From: the human T2T-CHM13v2.0 reference genome, Homo sapiens
DNA: 64,000 bases
Direction: 5' to 3'
Assembly (NCBI GenBank): GCA_009914755.4
Contig: CP068257.2
Span: 25,440,001 to 25,504,000 of the forward strand
In this document: piece by piece, positions 30,010 to 43,711 of the stretch
How positions within the stretch are numbered: position 1 is the stretch's first letter
Layout: every line of letters begins with the position of its first letter
Notes under the pieces: generated by a model
Told to the model about the DNA's origin: nothing
Databases searched by the model: none
What the model saw: the letters and a program-made list of their open reading frames with translations, nothing else
Translations under genes and position numbers: made by a program

Positions 30010-30190
30010 CAGTGGTTCCTAAATTTTAGCATACGTGTAAGTCACCTGGCTAGCTTGTTAAAACACATATTCCAAACTTCCTCCCTAGTATATCTGATAC
30101 AGAAGGGCTGGGGTAGAACTGGAAATTTCTAGCAAATTCCCAGGTGATGCTGGTATTGCTGGTCCAGGAACCACACTTTGAAAACCACTG
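30010..30190. mobile_element. MER5A-like hAT MITE with 8-bp target-site duplication
   Basis: Terminal inverted repeats cagtggttcc…ggaaccacactttgaaaaccactg. The interior, …gtcacctggctagcttgttaaaacacatattcc… …aaattcccaggtgatgctggtattgctggtccagg, matches the MER5A-type consensus (cagtggttctcaaac…ttgttaaaacacagattgctgggcc…aagttcccaggtgatgctgatgctgctggtccgg…gagaaccactg). The flanks are gtctaaaa / atctaaaa. Confidence 0.65.
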
Positions 30191-33100
30191 ATCTAAAACA
30201 GTAACTGCCATTCTTGCTATTTGCTATTAACTGCAATAAGCTTCATCTACTCAGTTATAAATGAGATTATCTAAATAAAACATACATTTTAATTAGTCAA
30301 GCTAGCTAAATAAAAAGTTTAGCTATGACAGCATACATTAACTGAAACAATTAGTGAGTCAGCCAAATTTTTCTCCCTTGAATAAAAAAGATCCTGCTAT
30401 TCACTAGTATTATTGCAATCCTATTTCAGTGTTCTCCACTTTTTTATGCACATGCTTTGCTTTTTCCAAAATTAGTAATACAGCCTTAAAATAACCCAGT
30501 TAAAAAAGTTGTAAAGTTGTCTCACCCTCAGTAAATATCAAAAGCAACGAGGTAATGGAACAAGATTGTTAAGGCTGTTGATGATTGATTCACATTGGAC
30601 AGGCTCTTATCCTACTGTCAAAAAGTGGTAAGTGCCCTAAGCCCAAGATGCCAATGTTTTCCTAGACATTTAAGAACTCAGGAATAATCATCAGATATAT
30701 GCAACTCTAAGCTGAAATAGAATACAGAGTTCAACCTGGAGTCATTTCCCTCCTCAATCACCTTTTTGAGACTTACAGTCTCAAGTCAGTCAAAGAGGAT
30801 TTCTCAGTAGTCATCATCAGTCATCAAACACTCACCTTTTAGAGGATATGTGATACTGCAAACTGGTGACTAAACTGGTTTTTCTCAATATAATGTGTCC
30901 TAAACTCCCTCTTTAGGTCTGCTTTCCATTTATTTAATAACTTTTCTTGGGTAATGGAATAGGAAATGACTTTAAGAGAAATTAACATCTTAATTTTCCC
31001 TTTTTTCATTTTTTTCTTTCTGCTTCTTTGTGTGAGGAGAAAAGGGTAATTATTAGCATGCTTTAATTTAAAGCACCAGTGGAATTTTCTCTAAATCTTG
31101 CCTTTAATGGGTTCATTAATTTTACTTATTTCTCTAACTATCATCAGGCTTAACTATAATTCATTTAGTTTTTATATTCAGATCATCCATTTTCTGTAAT
31201 AAAGGGAGATTGTGAGAATGTGAATAAATTAATTCCACAGTCCTATAATTATGTGCATAGCTTTTTAAACCACTAGGCTTCAAATCACTTGAGGATCTGT
31301 CTCATTTATCTTTGTCTCACACAATAGTGAACATAAAGTTGGTATTGTAGTAGACATTCAATAAATGTAGATCAAATTGAAATGACCCCCCCAACACACA
31401 CATAACTTTTTGCTTTCATTTCTTCTTTATTAAAGAAGGGTAATAATAATCTACATCTCGCGGGTTTCTCCAAGTGATTGTGTAAAACAATGTACTTAAA
31501 GCTCCATGCTAGGTAATAAATGAACATTCAATCTGGGTTTGCGTTTAATTATTAGTAGGCATTTTTACTACTTTCATGATTATTATTTGTATTAATGGTT
31601 CCAAACTCCCCTATGCTAAATGCTCTAATGAAGTTTATTTTCCTGAGCAAGTTAATTGAACTGGGCTACCTTGTATTTTTGTTTCTTCTGCTCAATGTTT
31701 TGTTAATTCTTTCATATTCCTGTAGTTCAATTAGTTTGATGTTGAATCTGACATCAATAAAACATTAATCTGTGGTAGATCCTGAAGACTTGGGAATATA
31801 AAATTATAAACTGTATATTTATTATATATATATATATAAACTACAATAGATCAAAAGTATACTTGAAAAACAGGACATTCCCTCTCTTTAACAGCTAATT
31901 CTAATCCCTATTGCATGTTTTACTAATACATGTCACCTCATTAAATTTCCTTTTCTCCGAAGATTTAGTCACAAAATCATGTCAGGACAAGAATTAGAAG
32001 ACCTGGGCTATTCCCTACTCTCTTTCTTTGGGTCAAATAAATCATTCAGCCTTTTCAGGATATCGGTCTCCTCAACTGTAAACCGAGTAATCTCTATCTT
32101 AGAAATAATGCTGGCCTTATGGACTTGTGAACTTTCTTTACAAGGTTGCCCAAAAGGCTGCCCAGGTTGAGCACTGCACAACTCAGTGGTGCAATTCACA
32201 TAGATGCACTCGGCAGGGATGACTGCTTCTTCTCCCTCTTTTCATCCATGGAGGAGTGGGTTAAGTAACCAGATATACCACTTTTTCCTTGCATTAAGAA
32301 GTATGGCCTATTACAGAAATTATTTACGCACATTACCAAAAACAATCAAGAGAACAGAGGATATTAACCACACTTAGAGGATTTACTTTCTGTTTTTACC
32401 ACTTAATCCTTAAATGGAATGGCTCTTGGGGATTCTCTAGAATTGAGGATTTACAGCCAGCCATAAAGACTGTTTAGGGCAGGATTATAAAACTAAAAAA
32501 AAATCAAAAATATATTCATCTAAGAACACCTTTTTTTGAGGAAAGGGTACAACCACCCACTTTTACATGCAGAATGTCCAGTAGATAGAAGAAAGCCCTA
32601 GCTATGTTTGCAGCTTATGGCACTTCACATATAGGAGAATGTGTGGCTGTGTTATAAACCCAAATGAGCACAGCTGTTAGAAATAAGGTGCTGTCTATGG
32701 AATTCAGGACTGAGGCCAGATTTGCCGCTGTAGCACATCTTTTTTTAAGCACGTGATTCCACATTTCACTTCACCACTTGATTTCAGGGAACTCAGAAAT
32801 TGCTACAGGGGAAAAAAAGCATAATCAATTCTTACTATTCACTGGAATGATGCCAATGGAAAATTAATGAGCTTTTCTGTAATTGTTGAATAGTCTCAAC
32901 TGATGAATTATTGGGCCCTCTAGGACATCATCCAAAGAGATCTACATGGTCACAGAATGTTAAAACTGGTAAAAGCCTTAGTCGTCATCTTGACTGTATC
33001 TGACCCAAGTTAAGCATGCGTGCCTCTGGCTCTGGGCTCTGCCCCTTCAGTAGGGTCTGCACTGTGCCTGCTGATGCAGGAGCAGAACTGGCTCTGACAC

Positions 33101-33589
33101 CCCGGTCTGGCCCAACTGCACACACATTGGCTGTGCTTTTTCCATCATCTGCTGGGCTCAAAGAATCAGTATGGAGGGTGAGATATGGCTTCCCTACCAG
33201 AGAAACTTGGATGGAAAACCTAAAAGTACAGAAGCATTAACAACCATTGGGGCAAGCTTTCATAGTGAGATGCAGGGAACTGAAAGGAGCCTGAAGATGC
33301 CCTCTCCTCCCTTTCTTCACGTGATAAATTTTTGAAATCTAGACATACAACATGATCTCCTGGAGACATTTGTAATGTCTAAGCAACAGACTGTTTTTCT
33401 TTGAAGGCTGTGGCCAGTTCAATAACTTCCTACCTTTTACTTGCTTTCTTTCCTTTTGTGTCTTGTTTTCCTTCTTCTTCCATGCTTGTTGCCCTGAGAT
33501 TATATCTCCTCTCTCCCCTCAAAATATAACTGTGCCAGCTTCACATGAGGCTTTTTTGTTTGTTTGTTTCAGAACTTGGGCAAGACTTG

Positions 33590-33660
33590 TTTACAGAAGA
33601 GGAAACTGAGACTCAGAGCAATTAAATTACTTTTCCATGGTCAAAGATTGCAAAGTATAT
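33590..33660 (+). mobile_element. MIR core fragment
   Basis: ttacagaagaggaaactgagactcagagcaattaaattacttttccatggtcaaag versus MIR ttacagatgaggaaactgaggcacagagaggttaagtaacttgcccaaggtcacac. Confidence 0.6.
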
Positions 33661-34620
33661 ATTTTTTAAAAGTTTGTTTCTTTTGCTCTCATTATCAGCT
33701 ATGATAAAGCTACCCTGTTATCAATATCCAACTGAAGCACCCCGCTTCACCACATAGCGTTCCCACACTTTGCAATTTATGCTGATTGTTCTCTCGATTG
33801 AGTAAAACAAATGCTTTTTGATTTTGCCTTTATTTGCATCTTTTCATCTCACAATTTCAGACGGAGCATGCCTTATCTCCATGTGAATTAAGTTCCCTGA
33901 GAACAAGGAGCCCATTTTGATTTTTTTGTTCCCCAGAGTTTTGAGTACAGCGAGGGCCTTCCATGAAGGTTTTATGAAGAGCTCCGCTTCAGTGAAAGAG
34001 AACTCTTCTCTCCAGTAACAGCAGGACTCCGGGGGAACCCTGCACCAACCACCAGAACCTATTAGAAATACCAAATGACAAATGTTTCTTATCCTCCAGT
34101 TCTCAGGCCTAGCGTTTGGCTCTTTATCTTTAACATCATTTCGTCTGCCCTTTAGCTTTTTTTGAGTCTTGCATTAATTATTTTATATGAAGAGTATATT
34201 CTGTCTGAAGGTCAAAACCTATAAGAGAACATGCTGCTTCCACTACAGCTTCCAGAAAACTTGTAAAACCTAGCATATAGTTAAGTGCCTTGAAGGTACA
34301 CATTATTAATTAAGATTTACTACATGCGTTTGATAAAGGAAAATTTGTAAAAATTATAAGTAAAAGATGATTATAGTAGGAAAAGCAATGAATTTGAAAT
34401 GAGTAGCTCGGCATTCAAATCTTAGAGTTATACCATCTGTATAACTCCCTTTCCTCTTCTATAAAATGAGGAAGGTTCCTATAGGACCCTAATCACAGGA
34501 AAGATACATAACAATGTGATTTAAATATTGTTAAGAAAAAAATATATGTCACACTTTCAAGTCAAGTCAAGCATATCTCTTTGAAATGGATAAATGAGGT
34601 AGTGCCAAGCCAAATTGCAA

Positions 34621-34923
34621 TTTTTTTTTTTTTTTTTTTTTGAGATGGAGTCGCGCTCTGTCGCCCAGTCTGGAGCGCAGTTGCACGATCTCGGCTCACT
34701 GCAAGCTCCGCCTCCCGGGTTCACGCCATTCTCCTGCCTCAGCCTCCTGAGTAGCCGGGACTGCAGGCGCCCGCCACCACGCCCGGCTAATTTTTTGTAT
34801 TTTTTTTAGTAGAGACCGGGCTTCGCTGTGTTAGCCAGGATAATCTCGATCTCTGACCTTGTGATCCGCCCGCTTCGGCCTCCCAAAGTGGTGGTATTAC
34901 AGGTGTGAGCCACCGCGCCCGGC
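34621..34923 (-). mobile_element. Young AluY-like SINE, antisense, 22-nt poly-T tail side
   Basis: (T)22gagatggagtcgcgctctgtcgcccagtctggagcgcagttgcacgatctcggctcactgcaagctccgcctcccgggttcacgccattctc… …gtgagccaccgcgcccggcc. The CpG content is very high, which implies a recent insertion. Confidence 0.92.
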
Positions 34924-36531
34924 CCCCCAAGCTGCAAGATTACTTTCGGGGCATTTGTCAGTTTTGAGCTGTTCCATCTCTTGAAATACATTACCTTGAC
35001 CAACAGGGCATCATTCTCCCTTTTTATCCTCTTTTCTCCTTCAGGATCCTTTTCAGGATTTTTAAGTCATTCCCTACACATATATCATGGGCTCATCTCA
35101 TTTTACCTTCCATAGTAAGAACTACTTCTGGGGAAAAATAATCTGTTACAGACAGTCGCAATCAAGCAATCTCATGAAGCATGACTGCCAGTGAGTCTAT
35201 GACTTATTCCAAGCCCTGTTAATGAATTCCATTTTGGGTCAGTTTCAGAATTCTGTTGTTTGTGAAAAAAATGAACTAAAAGAAACTCACTTAATATGAG
35301 TGCTCTGTGAGATAACCTGGAAAGTGAGGTGATTGTATAGGAGGGGTCATTTGAGCTGGATTTATGCAGACTTGGGATTCAAGTAGATAGTTTCACTTCC
35401 TGTGTGATACCTTCTCAGAATCCTCTCCTTTAATTTATTCGATTACTGTCTCGTTTACGTTCTCATTGTCTCTGAGCAAGACTGTAGAGACACTGTCTGC
35501 CCTCAGCTCTCTGTCTCTAATATTTCCAAGGGCAGCAGCTCTGTATTGACCATCTCGGTCACTATTTTTATTTGTACTACTCCTGTATCTAAATGTCTTC
35601 ATCACTGTTCCTAGCCTCTTTGAAAAACTCATCCCAGCAAAAGCCCATCATTGACACTCCATTCTAGAGTACAAATTTGTTCTAGCAAAAACTTTCAAAT
35701 AAAATTGATTTCTGTGGTGTTGCCCACATGCAAATGCTTATTCTAAACTGTGGCTTTGAGCATATTTGCGTAGTTGTTTTAGCTTTTGGTGTTGCTATAA
35801 TGTTTGTTCCACTGTGTTTTCACTCACTGAAGAATAATACACATGATCTTTCTTAGGGCTGATTTTTCCTACCTAAAGTATATGTTGAAATTCAATTTCA
35901 TGTTAAACTTTTGGAGTTAATTTTAAGTAAATCTAAAACTGACTTGTGGTGATGGGTGAGATGGGCATCAGGAAGTAGAATAACATCGAAAATTTATCAA
36001 CACAATTAATGTATACCTTTAAGGGCCTAGAATAGTAATATAAAGAGGCGTATTCAGGTTGGTTAATATGATTAATTTTTTTGTATTTCGAAATAGAAAA
36101 GAGATGAGCTCTATATTTTTTTGATTTTTAACTTTGTTCTATTTCATTATTTTCTTAAAGACAGCTGTTCTGGAAGAGGATAGTAATATAAATGTGAAAA
36201 AGTAGCACTATTAATCAGATTATTATATGACTAGAATTTCAAATTTCTGTGCATTAATGGCAGGAATTAGTAACTCTCTTTTCCTTTCAATTATTTATTC
36301 AGAATTACCATTTTGTTTTATGCCCATCACTCTCTATATTTGTTTTAATTATTTTTATAAGCTTATATCCTGTATTTTATGTTTTCTGTATATGATACTG
36401 AGCTTGTTTCAACACATAACAGTAACTTATGCTTTCTTATCTAGTGTTTCTTCTCCCTTTTTTCCATAGAAATTTCTTGACTAAGTTTATTTTTAATTAT
36501 AATTCTTATTTCAGACATAAAACTTTAATTA

Positions 36532-36603
36532 TTAGGTAATTGCAGCTTTTGCCATTACTTTTTAAAAATGGCAAAAAACGCTATTACTTTTGCACCAACC
36601 TAA
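36532..36603. mobile_element. MADE1 (Hsmar1 MITE) copy with a 5'-arm internal deletion
   Basis: ttaggtaattgcagcttttgccattactttttaaaaatggcaaaaaacgctattacttttgcaccaacctaa. The right arm is intact and the left arm lacks 'tggtgcaaaagt'. Confidence 0.8.
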
Positions 36604-38070
36604 TGCTATAATGGAGAATAGTCATTTTAAAAAGTAGCTCAATGTTTCCATATTTTAATCTTTATTTCTCAGGTGAAAGAGTATTAACATTGGAAACCAC
36701 TTTTATGTAAGCCTAATTCCTGCTTTTAGGAGTGAAGTAATATTCTACCAACATTTACATTTTCTTGTACCTTTCCAACCCCATTTCCTTCTGAAAACAT
36801 ACATGAAGATTTCAGTATGTTAATCCTGTTTAAGTCTCTAGGTTAAGATTGCCAAGCACAGTTGGTTTCTTCTCTTTAATGTATCTTTCTTTCTTCATTA
36901 GACTGCAGTCAACAGCTCATTTAATTAACAGGAGTAAGAGACAAAATGCAAATATTTTTAGACCTCTGTAGAAAGACAGAAAAACTCGACACCTTGTCAA
37001 ATCAACGTTAGATTTTTGACGTTAGATAGGATCACCTACTTTTTAAATCTGTGTAGTTACAATAATATCTTTTGAGTTATTGGAATTAGATTTCCCTGAT
37101 GAAGAAAAGCTTGAAAATTGAATTATGATACGAACATTTAGTATGGTTGAATATCATGAGGCTGAGTGAGTATTAAATAGTTTACAGAAGAAAATGTCTG
37201 GTGTTCACTCCATTAATATGGATAAAAATGGAGGAAAATGAAGCATCTGATGTTGCATCAGTATGCAATATCATTAACACCATTTATTCATTAAATATGC
37301 TATATAGCGTACATCAGTTAGGTATTTATATGTCCATTTTTTCATGTCAGAAACAACTTGTGCCACTTAACAAGAGAACTTTTCATGGTTCTGTGTTTCA
37401 TCCTTGATGCCTACATTATTACTTGGTTCTGAACAGCCCTGAATAGCTAACCAATCAAGGTTAATTGAGAAAAAAGATATCACTGGCTTTAGCCTTATCA
37501 TGATTTGATGCTTTAGTCACCTGTGGTTAAGTAACTTAGACACTACCAGCTTGGTCATAATAGAGTGGGCATTCCTGGTTTCATAAAATCACTTCCATGG
37601 GTAACTTTATAATATTATGATAGATGTATGAAATATATTCCTGAAAAAAAGAAATGCCCTTTCCATTACATGCATTTGGCATTGATATGTGCTTTATAAA
37701 GGTCGTTTAAGATTTGGCAGTCCTCTGACATCTCACAATAATTTTCACAATTTTTAGTACAATAGTAAAATGTTCATTCTTCTAAAAATCATTCTTAACT
37801 TGGACTGACTGAATAATTCTTTGTCATTTCTTAAATGTGCATGGAAATTCTGAAGAGTTCTATTGCTCCTCCTCAAATTTTCTGAATTAATTCAATATGA
37901 AGAAATTATATTTCCTTCAGTCATTTTTAAATTAAATTTCTGGCTTCTTGAAGTGGAAGATGGAGGTGGAATGGAGTAGAGGTGTGGTGAGGGGGAAAAT
38001 ACATTTAATTCAACTATTAAGAAGTCACGTTTTGTGGCAAATGGTCACCTGCAGATCTTTTATTAACACC

Positions 38071-38094
38071 ATTTATTTATTTATTTATTTATTT
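38071..38094. repeat. (ATTT)6 microsatellite
   Basis: atttatttatttatttatttattt. Confidence 0.9.
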
Positions 38095-41000
38095 GGTTAC
38101 TCATTCATCAGTCATACTACACACCAGTCATATATTTTGACTGTCTATTTTCAGCACCTATTTGAGATTAAAAAGGTAAATAAGACACGGTCCTTAAGCT
38201 AAAGGAATTCACAGTCAAAAGGACTACGTCCTACCTAGATTAAATTACATTATGCTTTTTACATTGCATTATGCTTTTTAGGAAATTAATGAAAACTTTT
38301 TACTTCTTCCACAATTATTAGCAATCAAATTTTGAAAGCATGAAACTTATGCAGAGCAAGGAATCTTTCAAAATCAAAACTGAAAAGGATGAATTATAGA
38401 ATCTGGAATGAGGTTTTCAAAATGTAGATGGAGCTTATTTGAAAACAGAGACATTTTCATTAGCTTTGTTAAGCAATCTATCCAATGAATAGAATCAAAT
38501 GAGAACCCTTAGATTTTTAATTTAGCCTTTAGTTCCAAAGAAATTTTGTATTTATGACTTACTTTATATAAAAAAGTTTTAAACATAACCAAAAGGCATT
38601 TATGCTTAAAATATTACCAATCCCGTATATAATCTATTATTTAATGTCTTCAATTTTTTCACTTGCTCTCATAATTTTGTTTCTTTTTTTCTGCAGTTTA
38701 TTTTTTTTAGTTAAGTTCCAAAATATGGCCCATGCTTTGCATCTCTTGGATATTCTCTGAAGTCTTTTTAATTTATACACTTCCTCTTCCTTTTTTTTTT
38801 ATCCTTGCAAATTGTTTGCCAAATAAACAGGCTCATTTGATCTGTAGAGTTTTCTTATATTCTGGACTTTGCTGACTGCATCTTGCAAAGTCGTTAATAT
38901 GTGGTGTTTTTGTGTGTTTTCTGAAAATTTCTAGCAAGATATAGATGCTTGCTCAGATTCAGCTCCCCAGTTTGTGATAAGAATCCTCCTCCATAGGTGG
39001 TCATGTGTCTTCTATTGGGAAGTATATAGTGTTAGGTTGTTTCTCTTTTGTGACATTAGGAGCAATTAATAATCATTGTCTAGTTGCGTTATTTTATTAG
39101 AGTTCAACAAGATGGTGATATTTTAATTCAATCATCACTTTTCTTTTAATTAACTGGACTATTTTTATAAAGACAATCTCCCCAAAGTATTAATTTACTC
39201 TAGGTATAACTCGCAAAAGAAAGGCAGTTAAATACTTATTTTTCCTTTATTAATCAGTTAGCAGAAGAGAGAATTGGCTCTAAACCATCTTCCAAATGTG
39301 ATAAACAGCTATTTTCACCTAAATATCATTAGAAACTCACAGACTTTAGCATACCTGATATATTTGAATTTATTGCAGTTTTTATTAAATTGATGCTAAA
39401 TTTGGCAGTGGACCATCATTTGTTTCCTTTTACAAAATCCCAGTAGTCTCTGATAGTTTCTTTGCTTTCTGGTAAAGCAAGATTTTCTAGACATTTGTGT
39501 GCATTTCCTGTCTGAGACCTCGACCAGTTCTTTTCCTGAAAATCTCTGATTTCTTGTATAATGCAAAATGATTATAAAAGACCATGGTCTGAATACTAGT
39601 ACAATTTTTAAGCGTAGACCATTTACTGTGAACATACTGGCAAACATGAATATTTCTGTTTCTTCTTCTACTGCTAGAATATACTTCTCTGTGTGCTTTA
39701 CTATTGACTTGGGATTCAACGGATGGAGTAAAAGGGGTTTTACTGAAGATGACACTTGTCACTTTCAAGAGAGAGCACTTAAGAACGAGTGTAGAATTTT
39801 CCTTGGGCTATTCCAGTGCAAGGAATAGAAACTGTTCAAAATCATAACAGAACGATGAATCTGTCATCAGCTTGAGTGATTACAGAGCTCACAGCCACTC
39901 CCATTGATCCACATTCATCATACTGCACACATGAGAGTTAACCCTTTGTCTTTGAAGCCTCTGAAAAATTTGTATAATATACTACCAAAATATAATTCTG
40001 ACTGGTGTAACATTTTGTTTTTACACAAAAATGAATGCTATTTCAACTTTCTGCCTTACCTTCAATCCACAGTCTAAAACTGGTGAATACAGCTAAACTT
40101 CTATACCTCACTAAAGGCAGTTCATTCTCTTTTAGAACTTTCAGGTTATTTATACTTCTTCTGACATATGGTTTTTTAAATTGTAATATAATGACTCTAA
40201 GTGCTGATCACCTTGTAAACATACCTCTGGATTGTTTTCAGTAAGTCCTGATTTGAATCGCTTTGTCCTGGTGCTAGTCTATGAGACATATTAGTTTCAC
40301 TGATTTTGTTTAAGTGCAAATGTATATATTCTGTCACGTACATATTCTGTAAATTATATTGTGTTGATGATTTGACTAAATAATTCCATTTTTTTGGACT
40401 ATGGAGATATAATGTTATGTCATAGAATATTTTCAATGTAGGTCATTGTAGCAATAAACTTACTTTGTTCTGGAAAATATTTTGGTGATGCATAAGAATT
40501 TCAGGCTCCAGGATATCTACTACTCCTGCTACATGACTACATATAATAAAGCCCTCTTCTCTGTGACAGAGTCAACATATAAGATAATGCTGGCACAGGC
40601 CAGGTACTTACTGGATATTTATTACATGAAAGAATAATTGTGGCTGCTATAGCTGGATCTTCTTTGAGCTCTTAGTTGATTTCTTTTGTCAGGAAAAATA
40701 GATTCATAATGTTAATATTTTATATACATTTACTTGAAAATTTCTGTTAGAGTCAGAATAAGTGCAAAAAATTGTGCTTGATTTATACTTTTTTTTGAAA
40801 GTATAGTAGGGTGCTACTGGTGTTCCACCTAGATCCCCTTCACAGGCTAGTATGCACATCCCCCCACTGCTAGAAGTGTTGGCTGCATATCCCCCAAATT
40901 TAACCCCTTTCCCACATGGGAAGTGCTTGGTAAATAGTTATACTCCAATGCCACCACCATGCAAATGACTGCCCATAGTAAATGACTTACTGATATGGGG

Positions 41001-41440
41001 TACAAAGGCCAACCCCCTTGCCTCAAGGTGGGCCAACTCTGTGGTGTGATTTTTCTCCAGAGCACCCTGTGAATCAGGCCAAGGTTAAACTTCACCTGAG
41101 ACCTCATCCTTGCTCAGCTCTTTGTCTTCCTTATATTGTTTCTCTCACTCCCTTATGTTTTTTTTTTCCTTTTCATGATGAGCAATCCATCAATACAACA
41201 TATGTATCCAAAAATTCCTGTTTTAGGCTCTGTTTCTAGAACATCTGATCTAAAACAGCTGGTTCAAGGAGTGGCCTTAAAAAGCAGTCTCAAAGGATAG
41301 ATTTTGGAGTTGAATTTATCACTGGCTACATGACAGTGAGTACCACATTGCTGAAGGTAGGTGGAGAATCTGTGAATCACAGTTCCCTGGAATCCTGCAG
41401 CAATTAAATTGTTAAGATTTTTCATTCACAATGAACTGAG

Positions 41441-43711
41441 TGTATAAGTCTGTTCTCACACTGCTAATAAAGACATACCCAATACTGGGTAATTTATAAA
41501 AGAAAGAGATTTAATTGACTCACAGTTCCACGTGGCTGGGGAGGCCTTACAATCAGGATGGAAGGTGAATAAGGAGCAAAGTCACGTCTTATATGGTGGC
41601 AGGCAAGAGAGCTTATGCAGGGGAACTCTCATGTATGAAACCATCAGATCTTGTGGGACTTATTTACTACCACAATAACGGTACGGGGGAAAGTGCCCCC
41701 ATGATTCAATTTCTCCACATGGCCCTGCCCTTGACACATGGGGATTATTACAATTCAAGATGAGATTTCAGTGGGGACACAACCAAACCATAATATTCCA
41801 CCCCTGGCCCCTCCCAAATGTCATGTCCTCACATTTCAAAACCAATCACACTTTCCCACCTGTCCTCCAAAGTCTTAACTCCTTTCAGTATTAGCTCAAA
41901 AGTCCACATCCAAAGTCTCATCTGAGACAAGGTAAGTCCCTTCCTCTTATGAGCCTGTAAAATCAAAAGCAAGTTAGTTACTTTCTAGATGCAATGAGGG
42001 TACAGGCATTGGGTAAATACACCTGTTCCAAATGGGAGAAATTGGCCAAAACAGAGGGTCTACAGGCCCCATGCAAGTCCAAAATCCAACAGGGAAGTCA
42101 AATCTTAAAGCTCCAAAATGACCCCCTTTGACCCCATGTCTCACATCCAGGTCATGCTGATGCAAGAGGTAGGCTCCCAAGGCCTTGGGCAGCTCTGCCT
42201 CTGTGGCTTTGGAGGGTACAGCCCTTTTCCTGGCTAGTTTCATGGGCTGGCATCAAGTGTTTGCAGGTTTTTCCAGGCTCAAGGTACAAGCTGTTGGTGG
42301 ATCTACAATTCTGGGATCTGGAGGATGGTGGCCTTCTTCTTACAATTCCACAAGGCGGTGCCCCAGTGGGGACTCTGTGTTGGGGCTCCAACCCCACATT
42401 TCCCTTCCACACTGCCTTAGCAGAGGTTCTGCAAGAGGGTTCTGCCCTTGCAGCAAACTTCAGCCTGGATATCCAGGAGTTTCCATATGTCTTCTGAAAT
42501 CTAGGCAGAGGTTCCCAAATCTCAATTCTTGATTTCTGGGCACCCACAGGCTCTTGCATCCTCTGAAGCAATGTGCTGAACTCTATATTGGCCCATTTTA
42601 GACACTGCTGGAGCTGAAGCATCTGGCATACAGCGCACCATATCCTGAGGCTGCATAGAGTAGGAGGGCCTTGGGCCTGGCCCAGGAAACCATTTTTCAC
42701 CCCTAGACCTCCAGGCATTTGATGGAAGAGGCTGCTGCAAAGGTCTCTGACATGCCCTGGAGACATTTTCCCCATTGTCTTGGGGATTAACATTTGGCTC
42801 CTCGTTACTTACGCAAATCTTTGCAGCAAGCTTGAATTTCTCTCCAGAAAATGGGATTTTTTTTCTACCTCATGGTCAGGCTGCAAATTTTCCAAACTTT
42901 TACACTCTGCTTCTTCTTGAAAGCTTTGCCGCTTAGAAATTTCTTCCCCCAATACCCTAAATCATCTCTCTCAAGTTCAAAGTTCCACAGATCTCTAGGG
43001 CAGGGGCAAAATGCTGCCAGTCTCTTTGCATAGCAAGAGTGTCCTTTACTCCAGTTCCCAGCAAGTTTCTTATCTCCATCTGAGTCCACTTCGGCCTGGA
43101 TTTCATTTTACATATCACTATCAGCATTTTGGTCATAGACATTCAACAAGTCTCTAGGAAGTTCCAAACTTTCCCACATCTTCCTGTCTTCTGAACCCTC
43201 CAAGTATCTAGAAAGTTCCAAACTTTTCCACAGTTTTCCATTTTTTTTTTCTGAGCCCTCCAAACTGTTCCAACCTCTGTCACCCATTTTCAAAGTCACT
43301 TTCACATTTTTGGGTATCTTTACAGCTGCACCCCACTCTACTGGTACCAATTTACTGTATTAGTCTCTTCTCATGCTGCTAATAAGGACATACCCGAGAC
43401 TGGGTAATGTATAAAGGAAAGAGGTTTAAGTGATTCACAGTTCCACATGGCTGGGGAGGCCTCACATTCATGGCAGAAGGCGAATGAGGAGCAAAGTCAC
43501 ATCTTACGTGGATGCAGACAACAGAGCTTGTGCAGGGAGACTCCTATTTATAAAACCATCAGATCCTGTGAGACTTCTTCACAACCACAGGAAGAGTATG
43601 AGCAAAATTGCCCCCATGATTCAGTTATCTCCACCTGGCCCTGCCCTTGACATGTAGAGATTATTACAATTCAAGGTGAGATTTGGGTGGGGACACAGGC
43701 AAACCATATCA
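41441..43711 (-). mobile_element. Complete THE1-family MaLR element (5' LTR, ~1.56 kb internal region, 3' LTR) with 5-bp target-site duplication CTGAG
   Basis: Two ~355-bp LTRs (41441-41796 and 43356-43711) match the reverse complement of the THE1B consensus (TGTATTAGTCCGTTCTCACACTGCTAATAAAGACATACCCGAGACTGGGTAATTTATAAAGGAAAGAGGTTTAATTGACTCACAGTTCCACATGGCTGGGGAGGCCTCACAATCATGGCAGAAGG… …GATGAGATTTGGGTGGGGACACAGCCAAACCATATCA). The ~1.56 kb between them fits THE1-int length. 'ctgag' lies immediately outside both ends (41436-41440 and 43712-43716). The LTRs differ from each other by roughly 10-15% by eye, as expected for an old insertion. Confidence 0.85.

Noticed and set aside
39396-39830. Cluster of three overlapping ORFs (119, 93 and 86 aa) on both strands
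   Set aside because: Mutually overlapping ORFs in different frames and strands within AT-rich unique DNA. There is no codon-usage periodicity or splice-site-flanked exon structure I could discern. Treated as chance ORFs.
42152-42793. Longest ORF in the window (213 aa, minus strand)
   Set aside because: It lies wholly inside the internal region of the THE1/MaLR element. The translation is low-complexity with no recognisable domain. MaLR internal regions are non-coding relics, and the ORF overlaps other short ORFs in alternative frames, the typical behaviour of a GC-rich non-coding stretch.
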